A stretch of DNA of 63,310 nt, counting the filler, from Saprolegnia diclina VS20 (lineage: Eukaryota), in the NCBI RefSeq assembly GCF_000281045.1. It is 5 parts of 4 records of this genome, joined end to end, with 100 filler letters (N's around TTAATTAATTAA, not from the genome) between each part and the next. Parts side by side here need not be neighbours in the genome. Positions count along the whole stretch, not along the records: positions 55,112 to 60,854 come from NW_008246073.1; positions 60,955 to 62,050 come from NW_008246074.1; positions 62,151 to 63,310 come from NW_008246075.1; 2 more parts are not named here. One strand, 5' to 3'. Below, piece by piece: positions 58,535 through 63,310 of the stretch; within the stretch, counting starts at the first letter, position 1; each line of letters starts with the position of its first letter. The position numbers were made by a program, and so were the translations under genes. The notes under the pieces were generated by a model. It searched no databases. It had not been told where the DNA came from and saw only the letters and a list, made by a program, of their open reading frames with translations.

Positions 58535-60373
58535 ACGAACTTTGTATTTATGAATCCAACTTTTTGCCTTGTTTTATTATTCCTTGGTGTTTTGTGTATC
58601 GACTATCGACCTCTGGCAAAGGCGTATTTCTGCACTGCAAGAAGACTCTGCGCCGCGACGTGGTCGGTCGCGTGGGCATGCTTCGCGGGTTCTCGGCGTC
58701 GGGCTGTTTTATGTCAAGTCCGATGAAGAACATAATTGTAGAACGCGTCGATGTTCTGTGAGCGAGTGGGTGAGGATGATAACAATGCGAGACAAGGAAG
58801 CTTCTCCGCGCGATTCAAGAAGCGAGTAGCTAGGTGCACTGCATACCCGCAGGCCACGGATTGCTTGTCGCTTTGCTGGTGACCATCTCGGACCACAGAC
58901 GCGGTTTAGTAAACTTCACATTCTTGTAGAGAAGCGCGCTGAAGGTGGGTTGAGTTTTCCATGGCGAGTTGACAGGCGCGGGCTGTGCACACCACAGTGG
59001 CTTGCGCATCCAAACGTGCAGCGATGCCCATGCTGTCGGGACACTCACTGTTGATGAGTCTACTTGCAGCGATACGAAGCACGCTGTATTTTCACTAAAC
59101 AAAACTGCTGACTACCGAGACTACAGTCATGCAATCTGGAATTACTCCCGTCTCTCACAGTCATGTGGTGCCACGATCATCTCGCATCGCCATTGAACGG
59201 CCGGGTTGCCTCGTCACACGCAAATCACACATTCGGAGGGGACGCCCGCCACCAGTAAGCATAGAGAATGGCGCTCTCACGATATTAACGAAACATGATT
59301 CATGTCATCGTTGACTCGAGTCGTGCATCTCTGGTTGATGTACGTGTATAGCTGTGGCTCGCGTCGGGCATGACATTTGGACTTGATAACGAGTGCAGGT
59401 GAGTGAGCTCTATGGACGACGTCGGTTCATGCGTTTCGTGTCAATGAGCATCACGACGTTGTCGCCCGTTTCAGTCCACCGACTTGCTCGCGTATCGTAT
59501 CTCTCGACCAAGATCAAGGTAACCCGCTGTGGACCCCAAATTACGTAGGACAATTGGTCGTGAGAATAGCATCATGATCTCTGCCTCGTCGACGCTTCCA
59601 GCGCACCCTAGTTCGTACAACGCCGCGCTCCGAGACCCGTCGATTTGTTCTGCCTTTCACGTTCTGGCCCACGCCGCGGGCCAGTGCCCTCTCGGCGTCG
59701 CGAGCAACGCTCATACCGCGACGAGGCAGGTGTTCATATGTACCGCACTCGGCCCGACTGCACCAAGCTCGGCCCATGATAATATCGGTAGCGCTTACAT
59801 CATTCTAGTGCTAGAGCATTGAGCGGGGAAAAGGTCGATACATGCATGCCATTGTCAGGAAAGAACGAAGTTAGGGTGCAACTTGGCACATGTGCAAACG
59901 CACCGCAGCCATGCGTTCTCCAGCTGCATTGGCGGTCGTCACGCTGAATTCTGCATTCAGTGAAGCTAGCATCCTCGTGGGTGGCGGGCACTCCCTGGCT
60001 AGAATGTAGGCAGACCGAGTAAACTGGCCGCAATGGTAGCCAAGTGCATGCCGACGACGTAGCAAGTGCATGCGTCTAGTAGAATTGGTGCGTCTAGTAG
60101 AAAGGACATACAGCTGTTGTACAAAACACGCATCATGAACATGCTATCATTTAGGTGCCAGCATGTGGCGACGCGTCGTCGAGCGTGTAACACGGAAGCG
60201 GCACCCACCGCTCCCGATCATTTCCTCGGTCGCTGGCTGGCCATTTGAGTTGATTGCATAGAGATTCACCGCTGTTGGCGGCCACCATTTTGCAGGATCA
60301 TCCACCTACTTCAACGTACTGCGACCTCGTCTTCGTGTTCGCCTTCCAACGTGCACGACTTGCTACTCGTTTA

Positions 60374-60854
60374 CTCAAGGTACGTAGTATCGTTGAAATG
60401 TGCATCGAAGGGTAAAACACTCGCGTTGGTTCCGATAGGAAAGGCTTACTGTAGGCGAGTAGCTCGAGTAGCCGAATTTGATTCGCCGACTGGCTCCCTG
60501 TTTACTATGAGGGGGATGGTCCACCGACGTGTACGCCGCTGTCGCAGACGGTAGAGAGCCATTTGTGATTCGGTCTTCACCATGTTTGCTAATTCAGATT
60601 CCACATACAAATTTCGTAATAGAGCTAGCGACGACCAATCAAAGACGGGTCCATCGACGTGGCCTGCTGGCCCCGTACCACCTGCAGCCAATAGTAGCCA
60701 CCAGATGGCACCCCGTGGTGGTATCGTCTTCTTGAAGCGCTCAGTGGCCAGCGGAAAGGATATCTTGGCGTTGCCGCCGTATGGTCCTCTCCACTGGTTT
60801 GGCACGCGACTGCCCACTGGTATCATTCTACAATTTCCCAACACCCCGAACAAT
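60374..60854 (+). repeat. Diverged duplicate of the upstream region (57389-57862) of zinc-finger gene 3
   Basis: 60781-60854 is nearly identical to 57787-57862; further collinear conserved blocks lie upstream. Confidence 0.88.
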
Positions 60855-60954
60855 NNNNNNNNNNNNNNNNNNNNNNNNNNNNNNNNNNNNNNNNNNNNTT
60901 AATTAATTAANNNNNNNNNNNNNNNNNNNNNNNNNNNNNNNNNNNNNNNNNNNN
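60855..60954. other. Assembly gap with linker
   Basis: N-run with TTAATTAATTAA. Confidence 0.97.
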
Positions 60955-61291
60955 CATTGCGACCCAAAAGCATCGCAAAATATGGTCTATTCTCATGGAC
61001 CACGCTAAACGCGCATTTTCACAATGTTGGTGAACGTGTCGTTGCTGCAGCACCTTGACAGATGGATCACATCGGACGTTCCACGTAACGTCTTATTGCT
61101 GTTCCCGCAAGCGCCACATCTCTGTCGAATGTAGATCAACCACCAGCATTTCAACAGCCCGGAACACAACAGAAAACGCGCTCACACGACGCAGCCCGAT
61201 TACGCGTTGATGTCGTCTTCTAGAACCAGGTCTACACTCCATGCATGAGCCCTCTCACTTAGCATTGTGCGGTCCAATAGCCCCATCCACG

Positions 61292-61911
61292 ATGAAGCTC
61301 ACGTATTTCAACACGCCTGGCCGCGCCGAGCTCGTGCGTCTCACGCTCTTCCTCCACGACATTCCGTTCGAGGACGAGCGCCTCAGCTACGAAGAATTTT
61401 TGGTGCGCAAGCCGACGCTGCCATTCCAGCAACTCCCGACGCTCACTGTGGACGGCGAAGTATTTGCGCAGTCGCGCGGCATGGCGCGGTATGTCGGCCA
61501 CCTCACTGGTCTCTACCCGACGACCGATCCACTGGGCGCCTACTGTACCGCATCGACGAGCTCCTCGCCGCGTTCGACGACATGATGAGTCAGTTGAGTC
61601 CATGGTATCACGAAGCCGACGTCACCAAGAAGGACGCACTCGGCAAGGAACTCGTTGACGTGATGCTCCCGGCCTTGTTTGCGGGTGTTGAAGCACGTCT
61701 TGTCGCAGCAAACAAGGGCGGCCCGTACCTGTTGGGCGACATGCTGTCGCTCGCTGACGTGGAGCTCCTCATCATGCGCATTTGCTTGCGATCGGGCTTT
61801 ATGGTCGGCATTCCAACGACGATGTGCGACCCGTACGTGCGCTGGAATGAAATTGCCGACGCCGTCGCGGCCCTCCCCAAAATCCAAGCTTGGTATGCCA
61901 CGCACCCGTAA
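61292..61911 (+). pseudogene. Sigma-like glutathione S-transferase, frameshifted
   Basis: KLTYFNTPGRAELVRL..FEDERL..LPFQQLPTL..AQS..RY; C-terminal half (YLLGDMLSLADV) is in another frame after a 5-nt insertion at ~61543. Confidence 0.82.
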
Positions 61912-62050
61912 GCGCATGTACGTTGCCGGTGGTTGTTGTCAATCAATAGACAACAAAACTACGCTAAATAAGACTGCCGGACTTTTTTCGTAATGCACAC
62001 TCGGTTAAGAGACGTGAGCTACGGAGACAGAGACGGGAGCGCGGTCCGCG

Positions 62051-62150
62051 NNNNNNNNNNNNNNNNNNNNNNNNNNNNNNNNNNNNNNNNNNNNTTAATT
62101 AATTAANNNNNNNNNNNNNNNNNNNNNNNNNNNNNNNNNNNNNNNNNNNN
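62051..62150. other. Assembly gap with linker
   Basis: N-run with TTAATTAATTAA. Confidence 0.97.
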
Positions 62151-63310
62151 GCGATCTGCGGCGGCGCGGGCGACAAGTGCCCGAAGAAGGGCGATGTGGC
62201 CGTTGCCGACTGCATCAAGACGCTGAAGAGCTACGCGGACGGTGCTAAGTGCGTGGCGCCGGTGGACGCCACTTGCCAGACGATCAAGACGGGCGCGAAG
62301 GGCTGCGTCTTTGGCTCGTCGGAGCCGGCTGGCCCCACGCAGGCTCCGGCGGGTCCTACCCAGGCTCCGGCTGGCCCCACCCAGGCACCCGCTGGTCCCA
62401 CGCAGGCGCCCACGAGCGGCCAGTGCGCTGAGAACCACAGCCAGTGCAACGGCCAGAACTGGCCGTTCGGCGTGTGCTGCAAGGACCCGAACTTTGAGTG
62501 CAACAAGAAGAACGACTACCTCTCGCTCTGCGAGCCCAAGAAGAAGGCCATGGACGCCGAAGCCAGCCCCGTGGCTGTCTGGCAGAAGTGCGGTGGCAAC
62601 GGCCACAACGGTGAAACCACGTGCACGGCGGGCAACAGCTGCGTGAAGATCAACGACTGGTACTCGCAGTGCCAGCCCAACGCGACGCCGGCCAACAAGC
62701 TCAACACGTGGTCGCAGTGCGCTGGCTCGGCCAACAACTTCCAGGCCGGCGGCAAGTCGTGCCGTGACGAAGATGCCTGCGTCAAGTACTCGGATGCGTA
62801 CTCGCAGTGCGTCCCCAAGACGCAGCAGAAGGATGCCGCCGCCGAGATGGCCTGCACCAACGTGAGTGTCGAGGGCGATGCCACGTACTGCGTTGAAGGC
62901 GCCGTCTGCGGCGGTGCGGGCGACAAGTGCCCCAAGAAGGGCGACGTGGCCGTCGCCGACTGCATCAAGACGCTCACGAGCTACGTCGATGGTGCCAAGT
63001 GCGTCGCGCCCTCGGATGCCACGTGCCAGACGATCAAGACGGGTGCCAAGGGCTGTGTCTTTGGCACGTCGGCGCCGGCTGGCCCCACGCAGGCTCCGGC
63101 CACGCAGGCCCCGGCCGGCCCCACCCAGGCGCCCGCTGGCCCCACGCAGGCACCCACGAGCGGCCAGTGCGCTGAGAACCACAGCCAGTGCAACGGCCAG
63201 AACTGGCCGTTCGGCGTGTGCTGCAAGGACCCGAACTTTGTCTGCAACAAGAAGAACGACTACCTCTCGCTCTGCGAACCCAAGGCCAAGGCCATGGACG
63301 CCGAGGTCGG
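62151..63310 (+). CDS. Secreted-type cellulose-binding (CBM1) repeat protein, partial at both ends
   Basis: Open frame from 62151: [27 protein letters not shown] and further CBM1-like units, Cys-rich [16 protein letters not shown] domain, PTQAPAG linkers; 750-nt period (62151 vs 62901). Confidence 0.9.

Noticed and set aside
58560..60350. 1.8-kb spacer with short ORFs
   Set aside because: No terminal repeats, TSD or transposase motifs found by eye
62326..62410. 21-nt direct repeats resembling an array
   Set aside because: Coding PTQAPAG linker with no spacers; not CRISPR
62103..63182. Long minus-strand ORF (359 aa), and similar antisense ORFs such as 13908-15005 and 5560-6237
   Set aside because: Shadows of GC3-rich genes on the opposite strand

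Overview
Eukaryotic, GC-rich, gene-dense scaffold region with many short (~40-55 nt) GT..AG introns and oomycete-type INR+FPR core promoters. The organism is most likely an oomycete of the Saprolegniales (inferred from gene content and promoter motifs). Bases 1-51,400 hold mostly housekeeping and signalling genes: TrpRS, OPA3, START-FYVE, GAF-IQ, PH-AGC kinase, SDR-SCP2, Sec14-PH, Myb, TMC, TMEM65, PH-TBC, two membrane-anchored CAP-like paralogues, a tail-to-tail pair of MAPKKs and a giant coiled-coil gene. Two LINE 3' fragments and a broken RMDN-like gene also lie there. Bases 51,900-63,310 are a tandem-duplication zone with three paralogous ~70-aa microprotein genes, a CCCH-GG ('WRKY19-like') zinc-finger cluster, a GST broken by an apparent Tc1/mariner footprint and a CBM1 repeat protein. 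Four 100-nt gaps carry an artificial TTAATTAATTAA linker. The best candidates for new biology are the MNTFHP microprotein family and the convergent MAPKK pair, in which one kinase has Asp at an activation-loop phosphosite and the other is fused to B-box and SAM domains. Exon boundaries were read by eye and are approximate, and no database searches were run.
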